Assembly: GCA_022848865.1 (NCBI GenBank) | Contig: JAJISE010000001.1 | Location: 49,036 to 113,035, forward strand | DNA length: 64,000 nucleotides | Direction: 5' to 3' | From: Thermoplasmatota archaeon | GTDB lineage: Archaea; Thermoplasmatota; Thermoplasmata; RBG-16-68-12; JAGMCJ01 | In this document: in pieces, positions 38,396 to 48,892 of the stretch | Layout of the letters: each line of letters begins with the position of its first letter | Position numbering within the stretch: position 1 is the first letter of the stretch | Notes under the pieces: generated by a model | Seen by the model: the letters and a program-made list of their open reading frames with translations, nothing else | Databases searched by the model: none | Told to the model about the DNA's origin: nothing | Program-made: the position numbers and the translations under genes

Positions 38396-39543
38396 CCTTC
38401 CACCGTCTTGGAGAACATCAAGAGTTGGATCTCTGGCGTTGTGAACCTAGACCTCTTCTTGAGCTCCTCGGCATTCCCTTCCCGCATTAGGGTCAGGAAA
38501 AGCGGATTCCCCTTTGTCAGGAGGTATATCCGCCGCATCGCCTCGTCCTCGATTCTCGGGTTTCCCAACACGAGCTTGGAGCCCTCCTGGCTGAGGCCCT
38601 TGAGATGCATCTCATCGACGACTCCGCCCTCGGTCATCTTCCTGTCGTAGAAGCGGCAGTAGGCGGGGGTCGCCTCCTGCGCGACCACGATCATCTTCGC
38701 CTTCTCGATCCCGGATAGCAGATGCGCGAGGGCATTGAATGCATCCACGAGATCCTCGCCCACGATGCTGTAGTTGTCAAAGACGAGTAGGGAACCGGAG
38801 TCGCGGAGTTCTTCTCCGAGCGCGGTCATCGTGCCATCGAAGTTTCCCTCTTCGAGCAGCTTTCTCACGCTGCTGCCACGTTTCCCAGTCGCGAAGTGCA
38901 CGAGCGGCTTGAGCACGTCCGTGGCATCGTCGTCCTCGGAAAGGTCCTTCCAGAACACTCGCCAGCCCTCGGCCCCATCCAGCAAGGTCCTGACGAGGGA
39001 TGACTTCCCATAACCGACGTGTCCGTACAAGGCCAGAACGGGCGCCTTGCCCGCCAACCACTCCCGCATGTGAAGGAGCTCCGCCTGTCTGTTCACGAGC
39101 TCCCTCTTCCCAGTCGCGGGCTTGGGCGGCATCTGGATAGTGTCAAGGACATCCTCTGGACCCAGGTTCTTGAGGATCTCAGTGTAACTCATCTCGTAGA
39201 GCCCGGACGCCTCCGAGACCGGGAGCTCGGTCTCGCCCGAGCTGGAGCGGACCGTGATCTTTCTCCTTCCAATCTGCTTCCTGATGTTGGCGGCCCGCCT
39301 GTATCCCTTCTCGGTCAGGAAGTACATCTTGAGACGCCTTCCGGCCCCATGGACGCGCTCCCTCCTCTCCTCGATCGCCCCCTCCTCCATGAGCGTCTTC
39401 ATGGATCGCGGGATGTGGCTCCTTCGGATGCCAACGGAGGTCGCGATCCCGGCCTGCGTGATGTCGGGCGGGAGGTCGTTCTGGACATTCCTGTAGTCAA
39501 AAAGGTGAACCAGCATCCTGTCGTTGACAGTTAGACTCGCCAC
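38392..39543 (-). CDS. wHTH + STAND-type ATPase (no C-terminal TPR)
   Basis: TQAGIA...RSHIPR wHTH; LVNR..EL, GHVGYGKS, LVFDN, TKGNPLFL. Confidence 0.8.
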   Translation of the reverse strand: MASLTVNDRMLVHLFDYRNVQNDLPPDITQAGIATSVGIRRSHIPRSMKTLMEEGAIEERRERVHGAGRRLKMYFLTEKGYRRAANIRKQIGRRKITVRSSSGETELPVSEASGLYEMSYTEILKNLGPEDVLDTIQMPPKPATGKRELVNRQAELLHMREWLAGKAPVLALYGHVGYGKSSLVRTLLDGAEGWRVFWKDLSEDDDATDVLKPLVHFATGKRGSSVRKLLEEGNFDGTMTALGEELRDSGSLLVFDNYSIVGEDLVDAFNALAHLLSGIEKAKMIVVAQEATPAYCRFYDRKMTEGGVVDEMHLKGLSQEGSKLVLGNPRIEDEAMRRIYLLTKGNPLFLTLMREGNAEELKKRSRFTTPEIQLLMFSKTVEG

Positions 39544-39560
39544 GCGATATCATCAGGCAG

Positions 39561-39634
39561 TGGTTATTTAACCATGACGGTAGCGCACTCGCGTGGTGCA
39601 AACCATGGTAACTACCACACAAGGCTTATATAAA
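39561..39634. promoter_or_regulatory. Divergent promoter with three TGGT-N-ACCA palindromes and a TATA box
   Basis: TGGTTATTTAACCA 39561-74, TGGTGCAAACCA 39594-605, TGGTAACTACCA 39606-17, TTATATAAA ~39626-34. Confidence 0.55.
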
Positions 39635-39671
39635 CTCAGGCTCTTCTTTCAGAACCACAGGAGGACGAAGG

Positions 39672-42600
39672 ATGTCACTCTATAGGAAGCGTTTCTCCAG
39701 AGACAATAATGGCGTGGCCGAGGTCGTTGGAACGATATTGATATTGCTCATCACAGTGGTCATCTTCTCGACCATATTCATATGGGTGTACTCTATCCCA
39801 ACGCCAGAGGCTTCAACGAAGCTCCAGATGGAAGGAGCACTGGACCCGATTTATGATACTGGTGTGTGGGACGGGGCGATAATAAACATCACCCACCAGG
39901 GCGGGGAGAATCTGTATGGCTGGAGAACGCAGGTTTACATTCGAGTGAACAATGAGTTCGAGATACTTGAGACCCAGGGAACGATCTCGTACGGACCCAA
40001 CTCTGGGGACCCATACGGACTGAGAGAGGATGGTGACTGGTTCATCGGCGAGGTCTGGAGCATTCTGAACCACACGATTCAGCCTGATGACAGGGTCGAG
40101 GTCGGTGTGGTCGAATCCATAAAGGGCGAGGTGATCTGGAGCTCTTTGCTCTTGGGAGCCGCGGGCGAGCATCCCCCGCTCTTCGTCCAGAAGTGGTATG
40201 ACGGCAATCTGGATACGATTGCGAGGGAGGATCTGAGAGGGAACGAGTCGTTCGCGATCTACGTCCAGATAGTGGACAATGACGGGGATTTCGATTCGGG
40301 CAACCCTGTTTACGCCAACGTGACCGTGCTCTACGCTGACTACGGCGCCTTCAAGATGTACGACAACGGCTCCATGGGAGATGCTCTGGCAGATGATGGC
40401 ATCTGGACTGCGAACTATACGGCGTTCGAAGCGGACGAATCCATGGACGGCTCGCTGGTGATTATCACGGCCGAGGATGATGCTGGTCACAACACGACCG
40501 CCAGGCTAATCCTCAAGCTTCGAGAGACGACGACGATCTACATCCCAACGCCACCGCCGGATTACAATATCACCACACCGAGGTTTGGCCCTGAACTGCT
40601 TCCTGGAAGCGGCCTCCAGCACTATCAGATATTCAACGAGACAGAGTGGGATAAGTTGAGATGGGTAGGCAACGCGTCACGGACGTTCGTGAAGGGTGAG
40701 AGGATCGTCATAGTCATCGCCAGCCATTTCCTTCCTGACACGAATCTGGACAACAAGTTTTGGCTGTTCAAGGCAGAGTCTGGTCTTGGACCACAGCCCG
40801 TAGTCTATGGCGGGGGATCGCTGGGTCCGAATTCTATTCCGTCCTCAACAGAGGCGTTCGAACTCGTTGACTACGTGGGCAAGTTCTACGTCTGGGAGTG
40901 CAGGTGGAACACCTCGAGCGAGGGTCACGGCTTCAGCGACGGACTGCTGGATTACGGCCACTACTCTCTAAGGATAAAACTGAGATCCAGCTACTATCCT
41001 CCACCCGACAATCTCTTCGAGGTCATGGACTTCATCACGGTCACAGATGAGGACGGCAATTTCCCGGACTATCCGATGGTCCAGACCTTCCTTGATGCCA
41101 ACCACGAGCAACCCTCTGATACGTTCAACTACACAGACATTATGTACGTCAAGGTTGTCGTCCAGGATACTGACGGCTCGTTCGAGTTCGGGAACGTCAA
41201 GATACAGGACTTCGGGGCTGGTATCCAAATCTGGGCCAAGCCAGGCAATCCTCCCGTTAGTGCCGCCTCGGTGAACAACTCCGTGAGTTATAAGTTCAAC
41301 ATAGACCTGACCAAGCCGAATTTCGATCCATGGCTCTTCGGAGAGAATGCCTACACGTTGAGGGTTCTGTATCTCAAGGACATCAATGAGGAATACAAGG
41401 TCTCGCTCAGTCGTCTTGTGACGATCAGGGGACCCCGATGGTACTTGGACATTGCCCATTCAATCGAGGGTTACGACCACCCGACCCATGACGACAGGGT
41501 TTACGCTGTGTTCCTCGAGAACCTTGTCTTCAGATGGGAAGATTACTGGATTGAGTCCTACAACGGTCCTCCAAACCAGAGGGACCCACCGTGGGGAGGC
41601 GGTGCTTTCCTCTCCATCGTCTTCGGAGACCTCGATGATGATACCGACTTGGATGTTGTCACGGGTCTCGAAGTGGGCAGATTGTTCATGTACAGGAACC
41701 AAGGCGGGAATGGTCACTTCTGGCAACAAAGAGAAGTCGACAACCTGGGGATGCCAGTCACAGCTGTCGATGTCGGCCATGTCGACAAGGACGGTCTCCT
41801 CGATATCGTCGCTGGAACAGAGGACGGTCATATCTGGTGGTATGCGAGCGACAACCAATGGACGCCGACACTCATCGTGGATACGGGTTTGGAGATTCAC
41901 GAGTTGGTGATGGCAGACATGGATGATGACGATGACGATGACTTGGTCGTCGCGACTGGGAACGATCTTCGTGTCTATGAGAACAGCGATGGCGTCTTCG
42001 GGACGATCACGACACTGGAATACTTCGCAGAGGCGGACATTGGAGGCAATGGAACCGTCGTGCCATCACCACTTGGCTTCGAGAAAACCAAAATGTCCGA
42101 TGACGACTATGAGTCCATAACTGAAGTAAGCGGAATCGCGTATAACGTCAGCACATACACTGCACAGGGAGAGGTCGATGCCCAGTACGAAGACCCAAAG
42201 AGCGGGGACTACACCAACACAAAGACCGAGGATGGGTCCTACGAGGTCCTCAGAGAGAAGAATTCATACCCACTCAAACTCAATGGGAAGTATCGTTACC
42301 TCATTCGCAATTGGACTGGCAATCTAGCAACGCATGGGCACGCCTTCCTGTTTGGAGATGTGCCGAATGGGGATCTCATTAAGCTCTACATCAACAGCTA
42401 CATAAGCAACGGAACAACCAACGAGCCATTCAATATGGGCTGGTCCAACGATTGGACAGCGAACCCGACTTACATCTCAGATATCTCAAGGACGACAATA
42501 GGGACAGATGAATTCAATCTGAAGGCTGCAGGGTTCACTGGCGGACCGCTCATCATCTGGATATGGGATGATGATCACAGCGAGAAAGACATCACTTCCC

Positions 42601-43526
42601 TTGATGAGGCACTGAGTTGGCTATCCATCGACTACATGGGTGTGAAGGTCTTTACGGCAAACGGAACGACGAGCACTCTGGACCACATCTGGAGAACCGA
42701 TTCCATCCAGGCCAATGGGCACGCATACAAGTTCTTCTTAGAGGCCTATCACGATGACAACGCTGAGAATGACCACTTCACGTTCCAGTACTCCCAGAAC
42801 CAAGGAGGTCCCTGGACGGACATGGTGACCATAGTACGCACATCGGATCCTAACGACTATACTGGGGCCACGCTTCCCACAACGGTCGCAGGAAACGCAT
42901 ACATAAAAGTTATCGACACCGACGGCACGAACGGTAGACTCAACAACGACACTGTGTATGTGGACCATATGTTCATCAGGAGATACTATGTCTCGACAAC
43001 CCCACTCTACTCCATCGACCTCGGTAGCACCGTGAATAGTATCGCCGTCGGTGATGTGGACGGTGATGGTGATAATGACGTTGCTGCGGCGACTTCCAGT
43101 GGGAACATCTATGTGAGGTACAATGATGGCCTGGGTGACCTGGGTTTGGTGGACGTGCTTGCGGCAACTGGCTCAGTTCTACAAGTGGATCTTGCCTATA
43201 TTGATGGCGACGACGCCCTCGATGTCGTCGCGGGAACGGACGACAACAAAGTCTACTGGTTCGAGAATGCCCTTCCACAAACCTCATGGGATAGGGAAAA
43301 GATTGCGGACACCGATGGTGACGTCACGGCCCTGAGGGCCGGAGATGTCAATGGTGATTACTGGGACGATATCGTGATAGGAACAGATACAGGGAAGATC
43401 GTCTGGTACAAGAATGAGCGTCCTGGCTGGAAGACAGAGATCGTGGATAGCCGCAATTCACCCATCTACGATCTGGACATCGGCGACGTTGACCGAGGAG
43501 TGACGATCGAGCTAGAGAGGGACTAG
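39672..43526 (+). CDS. Giant archaeal type IV pilin N-terminal domain protein with FG-GAP/VCBS repeats
   Basis: Class III signal RDNNG|VAEVVGTILIL; YDNG..GD..ADDGIWT motif; six to seven GDxDxDG repeats. Confidence 0.85.
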   Translation: MSLYRKRFSRDNNGVAEVVGTILILLITVVIFSTIFIWVYSIPTPEASTKLQMEGALDPIYDTGVWDGAIINITHQGGENLYGWRTQVYIRVNNEFEILETQGTISYGPNSGDPYGLREDGDWFIGEVWSILNHTIQPDDRVEVGVVESIKGEVIWSSLLLGAAGEHPPLFVQKWYDGNLDTIAREDLRGNESFAIYVQIVDNDGDFDSGNPVYANVTVLYADYGAFKMYDNGSMGDALADDGIWTANYTAFEADESMDGSLVIITAEDDAGHNTTARLILKLRETTTIYIPTPPPDYNITTPRFGPELLPGSGLQHYQIFNETEWDKLRWVGNASRTFVKGERIVIVIASHFLPDTNLDNKFWLFKAESGLGPQPVVYGGGSLGPNSIPSSTEAFELVDYVGKFYVWECRWNTSSEGHGFSDGLLDYGHYSLRIKLRSSYYPPPDNLFEVMDFITVTDEDGNFPDYPMVQTFLDANHEQPSDTFNYTDIMYVKVVVQDTDGSFEFGNVKIQDFGAGIQIWAKPGNPPVSAASVNNSVSYKFNIDLTKPNFDPWLFGENAYTLRVLYLKDINEEYKVSLSRLVTIRGPRWYLDIAHSIEGYDHPTHDDRVYAVFLENLVFRWEDYWIESYNGPPNQRDPPWGGGAFLSIVFGDLDDDTDLDVVTGLEVGRLFMYRNQGGNGHFWQQREVDNLGMPVTAVDVGHVDKDGLLDIVAGTEDGHIWWYASDNQWTPTLIVDTGLEIHELVMADMDDDDDDDLVVATGNDLRVYENSDGVFGTITTLEYFAEADIGGNGTVVPSPLGFEKTKMSDDDYESITEVSGIAYNVSTYTAQGEVDAQYEDPKSGDYTNTKTEDGSYEVLREKNSYPLKLNGKYRYLIRNWTGNLATHGHAFLFGDVPNGDLIKLYINSYISNGTTNEPFNMGWSNDWTANPTYISDISRTTIGTDEFNLKAAGFTGGPLIIWIWDDDHSEKDITSLDEALSWLSIDYMGVKVFTANGTTSTLDHIWRTDSIQANGHAYKFFLEAYHDDNAENDHFTFQYSQNQGGPWTDMVTIVRTSDPNDYTGATLPTTVAGNAYIKVIDTDGTNGRLNNDTVYVDHMFIRRYYVSTTPLYSIDLGSTVNSIAVGDVDGDGDNDVAAATSSGNIYVRYNDGLGDLGLVDVLAATGSVLQVDLAYIDGDDALDVVAGTDDNKVYWFENALPQTSWDREKIADTDGDVTALRAGDVNGDYWDDIVIGTDTGKIVWYKNERPGWKTEIVDSRNSPIYDLDIGDVDRGVTIELERD

Positions 43527-44135
43527 TCGCTCCAGGTGCTTGAGGACGCCATCCGCCCTTTCCACCTCAATCAGGGAAAGGACCCTTGACCATTTGCCCG
43601 CCATCTTCGACAGTCTCAGAGCGATATATCGCTCCCTTTCCTGTTCAAGCCGCTCAAAACCATTATGCCTGTTGACGTACGCGTCGAACTCCAGCACGAA
43701 GTCCCCCGGTGACTGGGCCTTGAACTTCTTCCCAACGAGTGCGCGAGAATCCCTGGTCTGCTTCATCACGTCGACGACGGAGACAAAATTGCAGTACGCC
43801 TCGGTGTACAGGTGTTCATTCATGTCCACGGCCATGCACGGGACCCGCAGGCGTCTCGCAACCGCGATACACTCGGAGTAGCAGGGTGGGGGCTTCCTCA
43901 CGTCTCCGAACTTCTGCAATCCCTTCATGTAGGCCTCCTCGTGAGCGCTTGACGGCTCTGCCTCTTGATTCCCCAGGGTGCCCAGCGTCCTGAGCTCCTC
44001 CTTTGAGATGCAGATGCCCAGTGCGTCCGGTTTGGTCTCTTCAATCGCCCGCTCGACCTCCTCCGCCTCGCTGACGAGGCCCCTGATCACGGGTAACACG
44101 AAAATCCTGGAGCCGCCCCTCCCAATGGAATCCAT
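43512..44135 (-). CDS. Hypothetical protein (weak TraB/GumN-like pattern)
   Basis: Operonic with upstream regulator; GLVSE..V..AIE..KPD, RERYIA. Confidence 0.6.
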   Translation of the reverse strand: MDSIGRGGSRIFVLPVIRGLVSEAEEVERAIEETKPDALGICISKEELRTLGTLGNQEAEPSSAHEEAYMKGLQKFGDVRKPPPCYSECIAVARRLRVPCMAVDMNEHLYTEAYCNFVSVVDVMKQTRDSRALVGKKFKAQSPGDFVLEFDAYVNRHNGFERLEQERERYIALRLSKMAGKWSRVLSLIEVERADGVLKHLERLVPL

Positions 44136-44139
44136 CGAA

Positions 44140-45081
44140 TCACTTCTTCCTTTCCAAAATCAGGTCCAGCATCCCTTCCCTGTCCTTGACCTTCTTGAGC
44201 TCCTTCTCGAGGATGATCGGCGTCCCTTCTATGTTCCGCTTCACAGTGAGCTGCCTGACGAAAATCACAGAGTCCTTCTCGACAACGCTGGAGATGTTCG
44301 CTACAATCTTCGCCTTGGTCGAGAGATCCGATTGTCTCCTTTCCAGACCCGTGAGCAGAATCACCTTCCTGTCCCTTGTCACGGCATCGAACGGGCATCT
44401 GATGGTCGGCACGATGCTGTACCCAAGCATGGACAGATGACCGAAGACATCCCTCTCGAACTGGTCGAGCTGATTCCACGACGTCATGATCTCATCGGCA
44501 TCCGGTTTCAGGTGGAAGGGGTCCACGGCCTGGACGATAGGCTCCCCCAGGAACTCCTCGAGCCTCAAGGCGACATCTACGGTGGCGCCCATCCCGTCCT
44601 CGTACATCTGGATCGTCCGCCTGGACACGCCCGCGATCTCCGCCAGTGCTCCCAAGGAGATGCTCTTCTTCTCCCTTGCACGGCGTATGATCGTCCCGTC
44701 GAGCTTCACGTACAGGCCGCCCGGTGCGGAGAACATGAACGGTGGCACGCCCTCGACGAAGATGTCCGTGAAGGTTCCAAGAGAAAGGATCGGGATCCCG
44801 AACCGGGAGTATATCGCCCCGTCCTCCAGTTTTCCAGCCCCGCTCTTCCCCGCCAGTATGAGAGGCGTCCCCTCGAGGCAAGATGCAATCATCTTCAGCT
44901 CCTGCGAGCGCTTCCTGCCCAGCGAATCGATGTTCAGAAGCACTTTCGTGACCAGCAGCGTGTCGTCCCGCCTGGCGACGAAATCGAAACTAATCCTCCT
45001 TGTGTCCAGTCTCTGGGACAGATAGAATCCAGTCTTCGCTAGGATTTCCCGAGATGTATCGATTATCTGCTGGCGGTTCAC
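44140..45081 (-). CDS. Archaeal HTH-type transcriptional regulator (COG1395-like)
   Basis: SFDFVARR, NIDSL, GGLYV, XRE HTH SLGALA..AGVSRRTIQMYE, CPFDA. Confidence 0.9.
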   Translation of the reverse strand: MNRQQIIDTSREILAKTGFYLSQRLDTRRISFDFVARRDDTLLVTKVLLNIDSLGRKRSQELKMIASCLEGTPLILAGKSGAGKLEDGAIYSRFGIPILSLGTFTDIFVEGVPPFMFSAPGGLYVKLDGTIIRRAREKKSISLGALAEIAGVSRRTIQMYEDGMGATVDVALRLEEFLGEPIVQAVDPFHLKPDADEIMTSWNQLDQFERDVFGHLSMLGYSIVPTIRCPFDAVTRDRKVILLTGLERRQSDLSTKAKIVANISSVVEKDSVIFVRQLTVKRNIEGTPIILEKELKKVKDREGMLDLILERKK

Positions 45082-45225
45082 AATTTCAATAACGTGGACT
45101 CTTCTATATAAAGATAATCAGCTGCCTGGGGTCGGTCTTCTTCTCTTTGGACCCTGCCAGTTCACGCGACATCGGCCGTGGCGTTCCGGGAAGGTTTATA
45201 GAGGACTGACACTATCGAGACCAGG

Positions 45226-46278
45226 ATGAGCGCCGTTCTCAAGGACGGGGAGATAGAAATCCTTGACGAGTCGGAGGCCAGCCAGATATATAGCAAAGGT
45301 TATTTCGGCAAGCCCCAGTCCGGAGGTTCCCTAAGGATGGACCTGATCGAGGGGCTCTACCTGGTTGAGAGTGGAAGGCTAGAGGTGGAGATGGACGGGA
45401 AGAACGTGAACGCCAACACCCTCATCCGCCTCGGTCACAAGAGGGAGGGGAATTTCGAAATCAGATACCTTGTTTACAGAGATATGAGGAAGAGAGGATA
45501 TGTTGTCAAGTCAGGCGTTGGCCCTCTGGATTTCCGCGTCTATCCGAGAGGAGGAGGACCTCCGACTGCGGCCTCGAAATACTGGGTCATCGCGCTCTCC
45601 GAGAGAGCGGTATTCGATCTTAAGGGGTTGATCGGACTGGTGGACAGGGCCGTGGCGGCCCGGAAATCGCTACTCGCGGCGGTGGTGGACGAGGAGGGCG
45701 ACCTGACATACTACAAGGTCTCCCAAGTCAGTCCGAAGGGGCGAGGGAAGAGAAGGAAAGCCAAACACCCCGCTGAAGCGATCTTCTTCGGCGACAGGGT
45801 GATGATACTGGACCCCGAGGATGCCAGGAGAATCCACGAGAGCGAGTTCTTTGGACGACTGATCGGAAGCAGGCTCCAACTCTCGCTCATCGAGACAGCG
45901 TTCCTGTTGAAGAGGGGCGACATCGGGGTCGTGAACGGCAGAACGGGGAGAAGGATCTCCGGGACCACGTTCCTCAAGGAAGCTGTGAATGTGCAGGCGG
46001 ATTTCCGAATGAGGCTCAGGGTCTACGAGGACCTGAAGGGGAGGGGGATCGTCGTCAAGACGGGGTTCAAGTACGGCTCGCACTTCCGTGCATACAAGGG
46101 GGATCCGGCTACCGGCCACGCGAAGTACTTGGTCCATTCGTTCCCGGCGAGCTACAAGGGCATGTGGCCAGAGGTGAGCAGAGCCGTTAGGTTGGCTCAC
46201 GGGGTCAAAAAGGACATCCTGTTCGGTCGGGTCGGAAGGGAAATCGACTACATCCGACTGTACAGGATCAGACCCTAG
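45226..46278 (+). CDS. endA: tRNA-splicing endonuclease (alpha2 type, tandem repeat)
   Basis: Two EndA units; C-terminal unit [13 protein letters not shown]...HAKY...HGVKK. Confidence 0.93.
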   Translation: MSAVLKDGEIEILDESEASQIYSKGYFGKPQSGGSLRMDLIEGLYLVESGRLEVEMDGKNVNANTLIRLGHKREGNFEIRYLVYRDMRKRGYVVKSGVGPLDFRVYPRGGGPPTAASKYWVIALSERAVFDLKGLIGLVDRAVAARKSLLAAVVDEEGDLTYYKVSQVSPKGRGKRRKAKHPAEAIFFGDRVMILDPEDARRIHESEFFGRLIGSRLQLSLIETAFLLKRGDIGVVNGRTGRRISGTTFLKEAVNVQADFRMRLRVYEDLKGRGIVVKTGFKYGSHFRAYKGDPATGHAKYLVHSFPASYKGMWPEVSRAVRLAHGVKKDILFGRVGREIDYIRLYRIRP

Positions 46279-47216
46279 AGCTCGATCTCGATACCCAGCT
46301 TGTCGGTCAGCTCCTTGTATCTGTTCCTGATGGTGACTTCTGTCACGCCCGCGACGTCCGCGACCTCTCTCTGCGTCCTTCTCTCGTTGGCCAGTATCGA
46401 TGATATGTAGATGGCCGCCGCCGCGACACCTGTGGGTCCCCGGCCAGACGTAAGCTCTCTGTCCGATGCGTCCTTCAGGATCTCGATCGCCTTCGACTGG
46501 ACCTCACCGCTCAGTCTCAACTCGCTGCAGAACCTCGAGACGTAGTCCTGAGGCTTGGTCGGCAAGAGCTTCAGCTTGAGCTGACGCGTCATGAAGCGGT
46601 ATGTCCTTCCGATCTCCTTCCTTCCCACTCTCGATGACCCAGCGATCTCGTCGAGCGTCCTAGGGACGTTGCACTGCCGGCACGCCGCGTACAGAGAGGC
46701 CGCCACCACGCCCTCAATGCTCCTCCCGCGAATCAGGTTCTTATGCACAGCCTTCCTGTATATCATCGCGGCGGTCTCCCGCACGTTTCTGGGGAGTCCC
46801 ATCCCGCTTGCCATGCGGTCGAGCTCGCTCAGGGCGAACGCGAGGTTCCTCTCCGTGGCGTTTGAGACCCGTATCCTCCTCTGCCACTTCCTCAGCCTGT
46901 ACAGCTGAGCTCTGTTCCTGGTTGGTATGCTCTTACCATACGAGTCCTTGTTCTTCCACCCGATGGTGGTTGAGAGTCCCTTGTCGTGCATCGTGTACGT
47001 CATGGGAGCGCCTGTCCGGGCGCGCTTCTCGCCTTGTTCGACGTCAAATGCCCGCCACTCAGGTCCTTGGTCTATCATCTGATCGTCAAGAACAAGACCG
47101 CATTCCTCACAGACGAGCTCTCCCTTCTTGTAGTCCCTTGTGATATGAGAGCTCCCACACTCTGGACACCTTGTGACTTCAACCGTTGTCTCGACTTTCT
47201 TCTTTTTCTTTGGCAT
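46275..47216 (-). CDS. tfb: Transcription initiation factor IIB
   Basis: CPECG...CEECG zinc ribbon, [32 protein letters not shown]. Confidence 0.97.
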   Translation of the reverse strand: MPKKKKKVETTVEVTRCPECGSSHITRDYKKGELVCEECGLVLDDQMIDQGPEWRAFDVEQGEKRARTGAPMTYTMHDKGLSTTIGWKNKDSYGKSIPTRNRAQLYRLRKWQRRIRVSNATERNLAFALSELDRMASGMGLPRNVRETAAMIYRKAVHKNLIRGRSIEGVVAASLYAACRQCNVPRTLDEIAGSSRVGRKEIGRTYRFMTRQLKLKLLPTKPQDYVSRFCSELRLSGEVQSKAIEILKDASDRELTSGRGPTGVAAAAIYISSILANERRTQREVADVAGVTEVTIRNRYKELTDKLGIEIEL

Positions 47217-47228
47217 GTCACGCCCCCA

Positions 47229-47456
47229 TTATTCTAGGTGCAGTTCCTTACCAATCACTCCCAATAGTCTCCGTTTTCCCGATGTCGGTTTCACGGTAAC
47301 GTAGGGGCGGGAGACTGGGCCGAACACCCTTTCGACCCGACCGATCTGCTGTCCATCACCGGTGAATACCTTATCTCCCAGGCTCGGAGCGGCTTCGGCA
47401 CGTGTTACCAGCGTTCCTCGATATGAGACGTCCACCACAATTCCCAAACGTTTCAT
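47229..47456 (-). CDS. gar1: H/ACA RNP component Gar1/Naf1
   Basis: MKRLG...IGRV..VFGPV.RPY; upstream of tfb. Confidence 0.88.
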   Translation of the reverse strand: MKRLGIVVDVSYRGTLVTRAEAAPSLGDKVFTGDGQQIGRVERVFGPVSRPYVTVKPTSGKRRLLGVIGKELHLE

Positions 47457-47615
47457 CTACTCTCCAACGTGAGAAACCTGACTGGTCTCGTTGCAATACC
47501 CAGTACTGTATTTAAGGCTTTCGCAAATCTTTATTGGTAGAAGACGGACTGCGGACCTGTAAGCTCTCTCGACCCAAGACAATCCTTTTAATATGGTTTG
47601 ATGATTGAGCGGGCG

Positions 47616-47819
47616 ATGGTCGAAAGACTGGTTCAGCACAAGCACTGCAGGCAATGCGGGCTGGCAACTCCCGCGAAGGACGTCTTCTGTTCGGAGGACT
47701 GCGAGAGCGATCACAAGAGGATGTTGAGGAAGAAGAAGAACCAGCTCCTCTTGCTGTATGTGAGCAGCATCGTCGTACTCATACTCATTCTCCTCCTGAG
47801 CTGGGGGTTGCCCTTCTGA
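47616..47819 (+). CDS. DUF2116 family Zn-ribbon membrane protein
   Basis: HKHCRQCG...FCSEDC, basic stretch, C-terminal TM. Confidence 0.85.
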   Translation: MVERLVQHKHCRQCGLATPAKDVFCSEDCESDHKRMLRKKKNQLLLLYVSSIVVLILILLLSWGLPF

Positions 47820-48787
47820 AGGTCTGCCTGGGCGGGACCTTCGACAGGATTCACAAGGGACACAAGGCTCTGCTCGCGGAGGCGTTCGAGATCGGCGACG
47901 AGGTTGTCATAGGCCTCACCTCGGACGAGATGGCGCGGTCTGAGAAGAGCTCCTCGGTGTCCCCATACGATGCAAGAAAGGCAGCGCTCAACAACTACCT
48001 CGCGGCCAGCGGACACTCCAACTTCGAGATCGTGAGCATCGATGACAGGTTCGGACCGGCGAAGACAGAGCCGATCGACGCGATAGTGGTCTCGAAGGAG
48101 ACGAAGGGGACCGCAGAGGAGCTCAATGCGGAGAGGATGAAGTCTGGACTCAGCCCCCTGAAGATCGTCGAGATAGGCATGGTCCTTGCCGACGACTGCG
48201 CTCCCGTGTCCTCGAGCAGGATAAGGCTCGGAGAGATGGACGAGGGCGGCAAGATGGTTCGGCCGCTAATCGTCAACGTCGGGTCGAAGAACAGGACGAA
48301 GATATGGGCGGTCAGGGATGTCTTCCTGAAGCTCTTCGGCAAGGTGGAGGTTCATGGTGTTCCCGTGTCCTCCGATGTACCCAAGCAGCCCGTTGACGAG
48401 GAGGCTATCCGGGGCGCCGTGAACCGCGCCCAGGCAAGCCTCGGGGATGCGGATTTCGGCGTCGGGATAGAATCGGGAGTCGTCTGGAACGAGGAGGCGG
48501 GTTCGCATCTCTGCGTCCAGTTCTGCGCGGTCGTGGACAAGCTTGGAGAGGTAACATTGGGGCACAGTGCGGGATTCACGCTGCCTGCCGAAGTTGCGGA
48601 GAAGATTCGGGCGGGAAGCGATCTCGCGGAGGCCCTGTCGGGTGTGGAAGGTGTCCGAACGGAGGAGAGCAAAGGTGCTGTTGGGTTCCTGTCCGGTAAT
48701 CTCATTTCCCGATCGAGTCTCACTGAGTCCGCAGTTCTGATGGCGATGATCCCGCGAATCCGCAGAGACCTCTACTTCCCAGTCTGA
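47816..48787 (+). CDS. coaD: Phosphopantetheine adenylyltransferase fused to ITP/XTP phosphatase (YjjX/DUF84)
   Basis: GGTFD.IH.GH, SSSRIR; then VGS.N..K, GAVNRA, VGIESG. Probable CTG start overlapping upstream TGA. Confidence 0.88.
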   Translation: MKVCLGGTFDRIHKGHKALLAEAFEIGDEVVIGLTSDEMARSEKSSSVSPYDARKAALNNYLAASGHSNFEIVSIDDRFGPAKTEPIDAIVVSKETKGTAEELNAERMKSGLSPLKIVEIGMVLADDCAPVSSSRIRLGEMDEGGKMVRPLIVNVGSKNRTKIWAVRDVFLKLFGKVEVHGVPVSSDVPKQPVDEEAIRGAVNRAQASLGDADFGVGIESGVVWNEEAGSHLCVQFCAVVDKLGEVTLGHSAGFTLPAEVAEKIRAGSDLAEALSGVEGVRTEESKGAVGFLSGNLISRSSLTESAVLMAMIPRIRRDLYFPV

Positions 48788-48892
48788 GCGATCCTCGGAA
48801 TCTCCGACTTCTATTCTCTCTGCCCTTCGCGAGGGAGCGTTCTCCTTCCGAGGCAAACATGCGGGCGGGAGTTACTGCCCTGCTCAAGCACT

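Noticed and set aside
43094-43106. ORB-like TTCCAGTGGGAAC (similar at ~2002 and ~10530)
   Set aside because: Inside CDS, explained by codons, and no G-string.
47816-48787. CoaD-YjjX fusion as a novelty
   Set aside because: Already known from Thermoplasmatales.
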